From: an uncultured delta proteobacterium
GTDB lineage: Bacteria > Desulfobacterota > Binatia > UBA9968
Assembly (NCBI GenBank): GCA_963745835.1
Contig: CAVUZH010000013.1
Span: 320,001-384,000, forward strand
Length of the DNA: 64,000 nt
Direction of reading: 5' to 3'
Of this stretch, positions 30,973 to 42,500 are shown one piece after another. A program made the position numbers and the translations under genes. Below the pieces are notes generated by a model. That model was given only the letters and a program-made list of their open reading frames with translations. It was not told where the DNA came from and made no database searches. How positions within the stretch are numbered: the stretch's first letter is position 1; every line of letters begins with the position of its first letter.

Positions 30973-32157
30973 TCAATTCGCTTCTGCGATCAGCGCCAAA
31001 ACTCCTGTATAGGCAAAAAGATGGTTCGCGCCACCCAGAGGCGCAAGCTCGTATCCACCAAACATTCCGATCAAAGGGAAATCCCCCAGAACCTGCCGAA
31101 TGTAAGCGCTGTCGATGCCGGGGATGCCGTACAGCGACGCGCCGCGCGCGCAACAGTTGAAGTAAACACCGAAAACAGGCTTTTTGCCGTCCAGGCGTTG
31201 CGCCTGACGCTTGAGCATTTGTCCCAGATCGTCGCGCGCCCTTTGCCCGTCGCGCAACGTGAAAATCATCGCTTGTCCTTCAGTTACTTCGTCCGCGACA
31301 CCGATGATTTTTTTCTCGGAATCCAAGCCGATGATGTTGCGTACTAAATACTCGCCTCCGCCCACGCTATTCCTGCGGCGATCAGCTGGCACGCCGACAA
31401 ATACGTACATCAATGCCCGCCTGAGATCTTCGAGCAACGGCCCCTTGAGCACAGAGGTAAAGACCTCAAACGCTGGACGATTATCGATCTCATAGATGAT
31501 ATTTCCATCGGCTCTGGTGATCACCAGCGGCTCAGTAATCGGCTGGCAGCCTTGCGTAATATCGATAAATGACTGAAACGAACCCGACAAATGGAGACCC
31601 GTGACGGCATTGGTGGCAACCTTGTCGTTGCACAATTGAAAAGTCGCGCCGGCAACACCACTCTCCGAAGAGCCTGCTCCGATTACCGGCGAGTAGCCGA
31701 TCTCGCGCTCCATCGCTTGCAGCATTTCCTGCGCCTGGCCATTGTAGCTGTCAGGCATAAGCACCGTGAGGAGATTGCCACCGAGGCCAGGTCCGGTGAG
31801 TTTCGCTATTCTCGCTCCCGCTTCGGCATCATGCCCGCGCAGCGGTTCAAACAAAAAAGCGTTCGTTTGCAGTTGATCGGAAGCAAGCGCAAGTACTGCA
31901 ATCCCATGACTGCCCTCGACTTCGCCCTCGCCCGTGAGAATACCGGCGGCGCTGGAGCCGACCACGACGGCGTGGTTGGACGCGTGAGACACAGCATCTC
32001 GAAGTCTTTCCTGATCACGCATGTGTTCCGCCGTAAAAACAATCAGTGCCATATCAGCCTGCCTGATCTCTGCCTGGGCAAGAGCCGCGGCAAAAGCTTC
32101 CTCGACGGCTTTCTCAGTGGAGGCTTCGGTGGACCGTCCTACTCCGGCGCGAATCAT
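30973..32157 (-). CDS. FIST-domain (NosP-like) sensory protein
   Basis: TQGCQPI, IYEIDNRPA, YLVRNIIG, YFNCCARG, GMFGGYEL, YTGVL. Confidence 0.9.
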   Translation of the reverse strand: MIRAGVGRSTEASTEKAVEEAFAAALAQAEIRQADMALIVFTAEHMRDQERLRDAVSHASNHAVVVGSSAAGILTGEGEVEGSHGIAVLALASDQLQTNAFLFEPLRGHDAEAGARIAKLTGPGLGGNLLTVLMPDSYNGQAQEMLQAMEREIGYSPVIGAGSSESGVAGATFQLCNDKVATNAVTGLHLSGSFQSFIDITQGCQPITEPLVITRADGNIIYEIDNRPAFEVFTSVLKGPLLEDLRRALMYVFVGVPADRRRNSVGGGEYLVRNIIGLDSEKKIIGVADEVTEGQAMIFTLRDGQRARDDLGQMLKRQAQRLDGKKPVFGVYFNCCARGASLYGIPGIDSAYIRQVLGDFPLIGMFGGYELAPLGGANHLFAYTGVLALIAEAN

Positions 32158-32314
32158 AATTGAGTATAGAGAGCTTGTGAAAGCAGGGTCAAGACAAGGA
32201 CCATAGATTCTCCTGGCCTGCGGCTCCCTGGATGGCTCGGGAACGATTTGACCCCCTTGCTTGATTTCGCATAAGAATGAAATCAGTCATTTCAAATATA
32301 AAAAGGATCTTCTC

Positions 32315-33292
32315 ATGCACATAATCGTAATCGGAGCTGGTCCCATCGGCGGAATTATCGGCGGCCGCTTAGCGCGCGCCGGCCATGACATCATGTTCGT
32401 CGATGTTGATAAAGAACACGTCGAGGCCATTCGCGCCAATGGATTGCAGGTGGACGTGCCTGACGGCGCCTTCAACGTCAAAGTTAACATTGTTTTTCCG
32501 CAAGAGATAAAGGGCAAGTTCGATATCGGCTTTATCGCCGTGCGTTCGAACTATACTCCTGATGCGCTTGCAACGGTCCTCCCTGCCCTTAACGATGATG
32601 GGCTGCTGGTCTCGATGCAAAACGGCATCAATCCTCCCCTGCTCCAAGAAAAGGTCGGCGCCGACCGCACCGTGGGTATCGCCATCCGCATGGGTTGCCG
32701 CAGGCTTGCTCCGGGTCATGTCCAAACTTCCACCCGCGGGCATCTGTATATCGGCCATTTGCACGGCAGGACCACGCCGCAGCTGAGTCGATTGCACAAG
32801 CTGCTGGATTCAGTGATAGACACTGAGATTTCCGACAACATCCTCGGCGTGCTCTGGAGCAAGCTCACGTATACATGCCTTGGCTTCTTTGGGTCCCTTG
32901 CCGATGTCGCGCTGGCGACCACTTGCGCCGGCGATGCTAACCGGCGGTTACTCGCCGATTTCTTAGCCGAAGTGGTCGCAGTAGGGACTGCCGCCGGGGC
33001 ACGCTTTATTCGGCTCGCAGAATACAACCCACCTGATCTTCACCCAAGTATTCCCATCGAAAGAAGGCTCGGTGTCATCAATGAAATGGCAAAGTCGTGG
33101 AAAGACGATGACCGCAAAGGGCCGCTGCGGCAGATTCAAAAAGGCGTCCCAACCGAAGTAGACTTCACATTGGGCTATGTGGTTCGCGAAGGCGAAAGGA
33201 TGAATCTCCATATCCCCTTATGCCGAAGAGTATTAACAATGATTCACGAGCTTGAATCGGGAGAAAGGCAACTTGGGATGGGAAATTATTAG
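32315..33292 (+). CDS. Ketopantoate reductase (PanE/ApbA) family protein
   Basis: IGAGPIGG, SMQNGI, LWSKL, TEVD...GYVV. Confidence 0.85.
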   Translation: MHIIVIGAGPIGGIIGGRLARAGHDIMFVDVDKEHVEAIRANGLQVDVPDGAFNVKVNIVFPQEIKGKFDIGFIAVRSNYTPDALATVLPALNDDGLLVSMQNGINPPLLQEKVGADRTVGIAIRMGCRRLAPGHVQTSTRGHLYIGHLHGRTTPQLSRLHKLLDSVIDTEISDNILGVLWSKLTYTCLGFFGSLADVALATTCAGDANRRLLADFLAEVVAVGTAAGARFIRLAEYNPPDLHPSIPIERRLGVINEMAKSWKDDDRKGPLRQIQKGVPTEVDFTLGYVVREGERMNLHIPLCRRVLTMIHELESGERQLGMGNY

Positions 33293-33548
33293 AGCTTCAA
33301 GCAGGCCGGGAGTAGTTAGACCGTCCTCACTACGGGACAAGGTTTTAATAATAAGCAATACTCCCAAAAGTAACTATCAGCGATCATCAGTAGAGCGGCA
33401 TTCCCATTGCCCGGCGGGCGGCGCTGTGGCCATCCCGACCGCCGTGATCGCGAGAAGGCCGGTCTTAGCACACCAAACGACAGTAACGGCGTTGACAGTG
33501 CGTCACCTTCGTTGACAGCGTTTTTGCTGATGTGTTACTCAGAATTAG

Positions 33549-35124
33549 ATGGACGAACCCGCCTCGCCCTCTTCCGAAACACGGGCGCCTCGCTTGAATC
33601 AGTTGCGGACGGTCCTCAACGCCTGCAAACGAATGACCTCCGTAGGGGATGTCATTTCTCTTTTGGAGCTGATCACCAATGAGGCCGCCGCGCTTCTTCA
33701 AGCCGACCGGGCAAGCATTTTCCTTCTCGATCGCGAGAAATGCGAGCTCTGGTCGGTCATCACCCATGAAAAAGAAAAAAGAATTCTGCTGTTCGATGCG
33801 CGGCTGGGGATCGCCGGCGCAGCGGCGATGACCGGCCAGACGATCAATGTCGCCGATGCTTACGAGCATCCGTTATTCTTCAAGGAAGTCGATCAAAAGA
33901 TCGGCTATCACACCAAGACACTGCTTGCCGTGCCGATCAGAAATTCCCTAGGTGAAATCATCGGTGTCGGCGAAGCCATCAACAAAAAGAGCGGCATGTT
34001 TACGAACGAGGATGCCGAGATCCTTCAGTCACTCGCCTCGCACATCTGCGATGCCATCGAGACTACACAGATCGATAGGGCAATACCGAATCCACAAGGC
34101 GCTGAGGCAGAGAAGGAAATCGGCGGGGAATTTTCGACCCGAAACATCATCGGCATGAGCCATCGCATTCAGTCGGTCGTGCGCCTCATCGATCAAATTC
34201 GCGACAGCTCGGTCGACGTGCTCATTCAGGGCGAGAGTGGAACCGGCAAAGAGTTGGTGGCCAAGGCCTTACACTACAACAGCCCGCGAGCAAAACATCC
34301 GTTTGTCGCTGTCAATTGTGCGGCTCTGCCTGAGAGCATCGTCGAAGCGGAATTGTTCGGCATCGAAAGGGGTGTTGCTACCGGCGTGGATCGACGCATG
34401 GGTAAATTTGAAGAGGCTCAAGGCGGCACATTATTCCTCGACGAAATCGGCGATCTCAGCCTGCCAGCGCAAGCCAAGATTCTGCGCGTCTTCCAGGAAC
34501 GTTCGGTGACCCGAGTTGGCGGGCGCACGACGCTGCCGCTGGATATGCGCATCATCGCCGCGACTAATAAAGACTTGGAAGCTGAAATCAAGGCCGGACA
34601 TTTTCGCGTCGATCTCTACTACCGCTTGAAAGTGATCCACATCGAAACCCCGGCTTTACGGGAAGTACCTGAAGACATTCAGCTTCTGGCAAACCATTTT
34701 CTAGCGAAGTACAGCAAATTGATGAAGACCGAGCCGAAGCAGTTTACTCCGGCGGCTTTGGAGTGTCTTACGAGCTATCAATGGCCGGGGAACGAGCGAG
34801 AGCTGGAAAACGAAATTAAACGCCTGGTCGCTTCGGTGCGAGGAAAAACTATTGCACGCGGAACATATCGATCCGTCGATTCGCAGTTCGGAAAAGACGC
34901 TTGCAAGCTCAACGATCCCAAGCGCATTGAAAACGCCGCAGACGGAAAACGCTCCCGAGACATCCAGGTCTCTTAAGTCGTTGCCCGACGCCGTCGAAGC
35001 GCTCGAGCGCCGCATGATCGCCGAAGCGCTGCGCGAATCGGGCGGCAACAAACAGAAAGCGGCCCAAGCCCTAGGCCTGAGCCGGCAAGGATTGATTAAG
35101 AAGTTGAAGAGGCTGGGGATGTAA
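33549..35124 (+). CDS. GAF + sigma54-interacting AAA+ + Fis HTH enhancer-binding protein (frameshift near 34855)
   Basis: GAF domain; GESGTGKE, ELFGIERGVATGV (variant GAFTGA loop), LFLDEIG, WPGNERELEN; HTH (EALRESGGNKQKAAQALGLSRQGL) in the next frame, ORF 34852..35124. Confidence 0.88.
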
Positions 35125-35886
35125 ACTCGCGAAAGGCTCTGTTTCGATTGTGGACCAAGTGATAGTGATGCACGATTCTGCTGATAACAAAGTTTCAGTC
35201 CGCCACTTATTCGCCTTTGGATTCTCTCCAGAGCTCAATTCCACCAGACGCCATCGGTACGCCTCAGAACATCGTGTAGAGAGCAACAGGTAGGACAAGA
35301 GCGCTACGCTCTTTAATTTCTCCTTTCCTATGTTTTTCATTCCACTCTGACTTCTTCTAAGGGCATCCGTCATGCCAAGAAGAAGGTTGTAAGCACTCGG
35401 ACCGAACCGGCAATCACGATCATCAAGAGCTGCGACAGCATGAGTTACGTCACAGATCGTCAAAGGTGGTAAAATGAATCGTGGACCATATCATTGGACG
35501 AGACATTGTGTCAGCTTCTTTGATGAAAAGCCTGGCTGTTGCGGCCTGATTTATGGGTTTGAAGGCAATTCTGAAAAACTCACTCTGACGGTTCGTCGCA
35601 CCGCAGTGGGAACAGACTCTTAAACCCAGACGCCGCAGCGTCGCAAAAGATCGAATCAGGCAAATTCACGGCCCCGAGATTGCGGGCAAATCATGACGGG
35701 GATCAATCCCCCGCAAGTTTGCATCGTATCCAATTGCATCAAGATGGACTTACGGTGGAAATGGAGGGGAGTAAGCGGCGGGGTGTAGTACCCGGCTATG
35801 CGGAAAGCAAGTTACAGCATTGTTTCATATTGATGCCGTGGGACGGAAAACGGCAGCATCCCCTGGATCGCTACCAGAGTAGTTTT

Positions 35887-36870
35887 TCAGCGTATTCCTC
35901 GATTTATTTTGTACAACCTATCGATGTAACCACTCTCGTCCAACTCGCGGATAAAGTAATTATCGATAAAGCTTGCCGGGTCAATGCCTTTTTGCGGTCC
36001 CAGGATCGTCTTAATCCCTTCAGATGAAGGGTATTGTTTTCGCGGCAAGATTCGCGCATCCGCCAGGTTCTTCCAAGTCGCCTCAAGTACTTCGCGATCA
36101 ATGTTTTTGCCAAAATATTTCACCAGGACTTTGACCGACGTTTCCTTGTCTGTGTAAATTCGGTGGACAGCTTCCACCTGCGACTTGACGTAGCGCCTGA
36201 CTATATCTGGACGCTCGCGGATATACTTCCTGGTCGTAGCGGCCCCGGTGTGTTGGTAAACAAGCCCTTGCTCCGCAAGATTGACCAGGCTCACCATGCC
36301 CTGTTTCTCCGCGATCACGTTGGCGGGAGGGTCTAACACTACACCTTGAATCTGGTTGGCCATTGCTGCTTCTATTCTTCGTGGCGCATCGCCCATCTGC
36401 ACGATCACTACGTCTTTCCCTGCTTTAAGGCCTATTCTTTCCAACGCCAATTGCGTGATAAAGTCACTTGCCGAACCGAACCGGCTTATCGCCACGATTT
36501 TCCGCTTGAGCTGCTCAGGGCTTTTGATTTCCGGTCGCACCATCAAGTAGTAATTGAGGGATGTCATGCCACCGGCAACATAGACGACATCGGAGCCTTT
36601 CAAGGCGCTGTTGACCACGGCTGGTCCCGCCACTTGGCTGATCGCGAAGTTGCCTGAAAGCAGGCCCATGACCGCAACGTTCCCATCCGCATTAACAAGC
36701 TCCACGTCGAGACCGTTTTTCTTGAAAATGCCAGCATCCTTGGCAACCCACGCCGGAAGCTGATTGCCAGCGATAGCGGAGTAGCCGACCTTGACCGTTT
36801 CAGCAAAAGCGAGTGCTGGCACGAATAAGATCAGCACTGAGAACAAAGAAGACTTTCCTAGTTTTTCCAT
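35887..36870 (-). CDS. ABC substrate-binding protein, NMT1/SsuA family
   Basis: Signal peptide; WVAKDAGIFKKNGLDVE, AISRFGSASD; GAAGGGAG RBS before ATG 36870. Confidence 0.88.
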   Translation of the reverse strand: MEKLGKSSLFSVLILFVPALAFAETVKVGYSAIAGNQLPAWVAKDAGIFKKNGLDVELVNADGNVAVMGLLSGNFAISQVAGPAVVNSALKGSDVVYVAGGMTSLNYYLMVRPEIKSPEQLKRKIVAISRFGSASDFITQLALERIGLKAGKDVVIVQMGDAPRRIEAAMANQIQGVVLDPPANVIAEKQGMVSLVNLAEQGLVYQHTGAATTRKYIRERPDIVRRYVKSQVEAVHRIYTDKETSVKVLVKYFGKNIDREVLEATWKNLADARILPRKQYPSSEGIKTILGPQKGIDPASFIDNYFIRELDESGYIDRLYKINRGIR

Positions 36871-37234
36871 TAGAGTCTCCCTTCTTTTCAATTTCTTTCG
36901 ACCCGATTCATAACTGTGCGCTGATCTTCGGCAGGACTGCGCTCTTTTGGAATTCAGAGTGACATTCTAAGCTACTGACAACCTCAGGCCCTACGGTCGC
37001 ACCAACATGAGCGCGATCGCTTTTCAAGGGCCGGCCACCCCAATCGCTCCCACTGGCGAATTGGACAGCCAGCTAGCCACCACCGCCCACGTCTAGGCAA
37101 TGCTCGTGAACAGTCTTTGATTAACGGTTCTCTGGAGAGTGCGACCAACGGCTAGCCGCTAGCTGAAGCGAAGCGACCCAAGAAACAAAACTCCCGCGGC
37201 CCATCGCGCACGCGCCGCAAACCCATCCGCCACG

Positions 37235-37366
37235 GTGGAGGCCCTTAAGCGCCACGTGACCGAAGAAGCGCTACGCGCCTGCCACGGCAAGAAACAAAAA
37301 GCGGCCCAGAGTCTTAAGCCTGAGCCGTCAGAAGTTGATCAAGAAGTTAAAGAGGTTGGGAATTGA
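37235..37366 (+). pseudogene. Remnant of a Fis-type HTH from a sigma54 activator, paralogous to 34993-35124
   Basis: gaagcgctacgcgcctgccacggcaagaaacaaaaagcggcccagagtcttaagcctgagccgtcagaagttgatcaagaagttaaagaggttggga aligns with the 3' end of the activator; one indel; no upstream AAA domain. Confidence 0.75.
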
Positions 37367-37422
37367 GTGTCCCCCTCTTCTGTGTTCACTGTGCCGGTTC
37401 ACTAACAACAACACATAACCAA

Positions 37423-37716
37423 CTAATCGTTACGACGACGCTTGGTAGATGTAGTAGACTTTCGTTTTGAAGATGAACCGCTCGTCGCCTTGAATTTCCG
37501 AAGAACGTCTTTTTCAACCTGAACCGCGATCGCCGCAGTCACTGTATTTCGAACAGGTGCGATTTCGGACCCCTTAAAAATGACCTTGTTGATGGCCTTG
37601 CTCAGCGCATTGCGTAATTGCCTGCTTCTTTTCGGGTTTTTACTAGCAGCCCTGATAACTCTTCTTAACGCTGCACTGTCGTCGCGATCTGTAGTCGATT
37701 GAAGAGCCGTTCCCAT
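37423..37716 (-). CDS. Small basic hypothetical protein (97 aa), last gene of the NRPS cluster
   Basis: Strong AAGGAGG RBS before the ATG; K/R-rich; no family recognised. Confidence 0.6.
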   Translation of the reverse strand: MGTALQSTTDRDDSAALRRVIRAASKNPKRSRQLRNALSKAINKVIFKGSEIAPVRNTVTAAIAVQVEKDVLRKFKATSGSSSKRKSTTSTKRRRND

Positions 37717-37783
37717 ATTTCCTCCTTGCGTGCTAATACAATACTTATGTTTGACGTGAACCTAGGAAATTCTCGGAATTTAG

Positions 37784-39501
37784 TCAAGCCAATTGTGCAT
37801 GTGGGAGTTTCTGTTTACTGCCAACGCGTTTTTTAACTGCCTGTGTTGTTATAGTATCTTTTAACGACGGTCGGATTACCGTGTCAGTTGCCGCAGCCGT
37901 CTTCACAGTCATCGTTGTGTGGTCGTTAGCGTCTAGAAATCCAGATGGTAATTCCTTAATACGTGCCGCGAATGCTTTTTTCAGAGCGCGTACAATTGGA
38001 CGCCTTTGTAGCGAATCGACACTCTTGCCGCGCAGGAAATCATGTATTAATTTGTCTCTCGTGGATAGAGCCCGCTCTTCATACGCGAAGCTTGCTTTCC
38101 CAATCTTTTTCTTTTTTAATTGGACTTTCAGGATACCTTCCATAGACGTGGGCAGATATGGCAAAGCCATCGAATGCCCAATGCCAGGAAATTCGACGAG
38201 AGCGCGTTCGCCGGTTAGAGCTTCCTCGAAATAGTACTCTGCCTCACCTTCCTCAGTCACCGGATCAGCACCGCCCTTAAGTATTAGAGTTGGTTTACCA
38301 TGCTTGTAGGTGTTTGGATCCCAGGGTTTCGGTCTTTGTTCGTTTTGTGCCCCGACCAGGAAGGCGGCTGGAACCGTGCCTTTCACATGGCTCAGCCCGC
38401 GCACACCCGCAACACCGAAGAACCTGTCGTTCAGTCCATCGTAATAGGAAAAGATGTGATAAGCTCGGGCCGTATTTTGCGTGCTTTTGCCTCCCAGGAG
38501 TCGTTCACCATCCGCCAACTTACTTTTCACTACACCGTCTGTAAGGAGCTCCTCAACATCAACTCCTACTCTTCGCAGAATGGCTTTGGCAATAACAAGC
38601 CCACATTGGACCTGCGTGTCGTCAACTTTAGGCGTCTTGATGGGTCTCGCGTAAGGCACGTTTAGGGGAAGCCAACCGACGCTCTGCAAACGACGTACAG
38701 CGCCAAAAAAAGTTGGGCCACAATTCAAACCATCCTTCCGAAGCACTTGTTTCAACTTGTCGTAATTGTCACCTACCGACTGAACACTCCAATACTTGTC
38801 CTCCACTGCCTTCACAATTTTACGCACTTTCCCTAGTATATACTCCCTTGCATCACCCTTCACACGTTCGCGAACAGCTTGTCGATCGAAAAACTTAAAC
38901 TCCGGAAGTCTATATAGCTTTCGCAAAATGTCAAAAACCAACGCACCTTGAGTTTGTTCGTTGAGATTCGGTTCGCCTGTCGACGCGCGGAGAGCTCTCA
39001 TAGGCGCCATGGGAGCGGATAAAACAATTTTTCTCACATTGTCGGGGTACTGCCTCGCATAATCCTGAGCAACAACGCAGCCATAACTGTGTCCTATGAC
39101 TGCATCCCATCTTCTCAGGCCCAGATCCTGGCGGATCTTCTCCATGTCTTTAACTACGTACCGTGTTCGTAAGAATTGGTAGCGTCCACACCGTCAGGAA
39201 CTTGACTGAAGCCGGTACCGCGAAGGTGGAAATAGACGACCCTATAGCCAAACATGTCGACAAAATTTGTGGTGTCGGGTAGGATCATTTGGCCCGGACC
39301 TCCTGCGGCAAAGAGTATTGTCGGTTTCACTTTATTGTCGAATGTTTGGTCTTTGATAAAGTAATACAGCGAGAACTCCGGCGCCTTCTGCGAATATGGG
39401 TCCAAGTACTGTTGCACTAGGCGTTGTTCATAAAAACTACCATCGTCAAAGCGAAAGAGCATTCTGGCGGATCGTTCTTCAGCCGTCCAAATATTCGTCA
39501 T
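37784..39501 (-). CDS. Alpha/beta hydrolase, proline iminopeptidase/tripeptidyl-peptidase-like (frameshift near 39180)
   Basis: GGPG oxyanion loop and RGTGFS in ORF 39154..39522; GHSYG nucleophile, GADP and GIGHS in ORF 37784..39145; AAAGGAG RBS. Confidence 0.8.
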
Positions 39502-39564
39502 GGCTATTCTCCTTTTTTTCAACTATAGCGCGAGTATTACTGTACTGCCGATCTTGCAACCACC

Positions 39565-42500
39565 TCAAACATGCTTATTCGGTTTGAGAACAATGGAGGG
39601 AGCCAAGCTGCCGACCGCCACGGAAGACGAGATCGAAGATATTGAGATCATGACCTGCCTCAGACAGTCGACAACGTGAGCGGCTACTCCAAGATGAAAC
39701 ACATCGGTGCTATATGTTACGGATCCCGTCAAATTACTTGAGAACTCCTTGACCCGAAACGTGACATCGTACAGCGTAGGTGTGGATGCAACATGTTGTA
39801 TGGGCTCTTGCATACTCAGAGGCGCAATACTAATTGCATTCGGCGTGGGCGCTTGAGCCGTTGAACGCTCGTACATCACGATCACACGCGGGCGCCAGTT
39901 CCGGTCGGATACTATTTCTGCAGGCAATGTGCGAGCCAAAACCTCGAATGGGACGGCTTGATTGTGTTGCGCCGCAAGTATCGTCTCTCGAACTCGCTTA
40001 ATCGCTTCGTCAATAGACAGATCTCGCCGGATTCGCGTTCTCAAGAGCACTGTGTTGGCAAAGTTCCCGATTGTTGCGTGGCAGCTTAAAAAGCGCCGAT
40101 TTGAAACAATCGTGGCAACGCGTATGTCTTCCTTACCTGTAAGATAATGAATTAGAATCTTAAGAGCTGCAATGAACAGGATGAAAACCGTGCAGTTTTG
40201 ATTGTTAGCTCTTGATTTAAATAGTTCGAAGCGCCTCCCGTTCAGCTCGAACTGTTGCTGCGAATTGTAAACTTTACGATGAGTTATCCTTTTATGCCGT
40301 CCGGACGGGATTGCGCTCGGATGAGGATTGGCAAGTTGTTCTCTCCAGTATGAGAGTTGGTTGTCGAGCAATCCACTATTCAATATGTCTCTCTCCCAAA
40401 CGGCATAGTCTCCGTATTGTAAACTTGGATTCGAAAGAGGCGATGGCCGACCGACGATGAAGGCTTCATATAAGACAGTTAACTCCTGCCTGAATAACTG
40501 CATAGACCAAGCATCGCTGATGATGTGATGCACAGTGACAACCAGCAAACTCGCTGGAACACTCAGCCGAAGGAGGCATGTTCGTAGCAACGGACCAGTC
40601 GCGAGATCAAACGGACGCTCTCTCTCCTCTAGAATCAACTTCGCGGCACGTTGTGATAAGCTTTTTTTTGAGCTTTGGTGCAAATCGATATGGGCACAAT
40701 GAAAGTCGGTTTCATCCTTGATGATCTGAACAGGGCGCCCATCAACAACAGCAAAAACCGTTCGCAGTGCCTCATGACGCACAACGATTTCCTTCAGAGC
40801 TTTTTCGAGCATCTCAGAGTCGACTGCGCCGCTCAGGTGGTAAACGTATGGCATGTTGAACAAATCCGTGCCCGGAAACATTTGATCGATCTGCCAAATG
40901 AATTCCTGGTTAACTGATACGGGTGCAGGACCGCTACGCGGCGCTCGCACAATGGGCGGCAATTCGGGGACCCCGGTTTCGTTCAGCAGCATTTCAATCT
41001 TTCTGCTCAGTTCTGCAACTGTCGGCGAATCGAATAGCGCGCTGAATGGGACCTCTCGGTCAAAACATTCTTTCAATTTGGAAATGATCTGGATGGACAG
41101 CAGAGAGTGCCCCCCCAGATCAAAGAAGTTGTCGTGAATTCCAACACCTTCGTGCTGCAGCACGTCGCGCCAGATTTGCAGCATACACTGTTCTATTTCA
41201 TTTCTCGGCTCCACATCGGCATGGATCGGTTTAGGCACTTCGATGTTTGATAGGCGCAACGCGTTGCGGTCAACCTTGCCATTAAACGTAAATGGCATAT
41301 TAACGACAGGAACAAATTCCGATGGAATCATGTAAGTTGGGAGCTTTTTCTGAAGAAGGTTTCGCAATTCGGTTCCTGATGGCGCATCCGCTTCCGCCGT
41401 GTAGTAGGCAACTAACACGCCATCACAGTTTACCGTCGACCGCTGTTGAAGAATAACGGCGCACTCTTTGATACCCGGATTGGCGCTGAGGACCGCTTCA
41501 ATTTCGCCGAGCTCAAGGCGGTACCCGCGAACCTTCACCTGGTGGTCGATTCTGCCGAGGAACTCGATCTCACCGGTGCGCGTGTAACGGGCTCGGTCTC
41601 CTGTACGATACAGGCGCGCTTTTGGGCCGTCGACGAAAGATTCTTTAGGAAAATGCTCGGTTGTTAGTTCCGTTTTATTCCAGTAGCCGAGGGCGACACC
41701 AGCGCCTCCGATGTAAAGCTCGCCCGGAACTCCCACGGGTACGAGTTGCAAGAAATCGTCCAAGATATAAATCTGAGTGTTGGCGATAGGTCGGCCGATC
41801 GTAGTGGGACCGTCGGGAGTTCGGAGTGTAAACGTCGAGTACGTGGTTGTCTCAGATGGGCCGTACAGATCGTAAACCTTATTCACGGTTCCTAATTCAT
41901 GAATTCGCTTCACCAGTTCACGATGAAGCGGCTCGCCTGCCAGGTTGACGGTTCTGACGGAGCGCGGCAACGCGGCGACGGATAACAGCGCGGTCATCGC
42001 CGACGGGACGGTGTTAACCAACGTAATGCCGCTCGTATTTGCCAGATCTACGAGGCGCAGGATGTTGTCGATCAACACGATCTTCCCGCCCCAGCAGAGC
42101 GGCACGAACATTTCAAAGACAGAGAGGTCAAAGCAAATCGACGTCGAAGCCAAGACCCCTTCCAGGTCCTCATTGCCATAGACTGTTCTACCCCAGTATA
42201 GGAGATTCACCGTGTTTCTATGCTCGATGTTCACGCCTTTCGGCCGTCCCGTCGAGCCGGACGTGTAGATGACATAGGCCAAACTTCCTGAGCTGGCGTG
42301 AGGATGCGGGTTCGCCGGGCTCTCAAGCTCAATTACTGGCCAATCACGATCAATCCACACGTACTGAAGCTGATCGGTGAGCGCTGACAGCTGGCCGCCC
42401 TCAAAATATTTCTGCTGCGTTACGATCACGCTCGCCTGCGCATCCTCTAACATGAACCTCAACCGCTCTTTGGGATAGGTAGGATCCAGCGGAACGTAGG

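Noticed and set aside
35125-35886. ORFs 35071..35463 and 35680..36027 as genes
   Set aside because: No recognisable motifs or RBS, and they overlap real genes; probably decayed or non-coding DNA.
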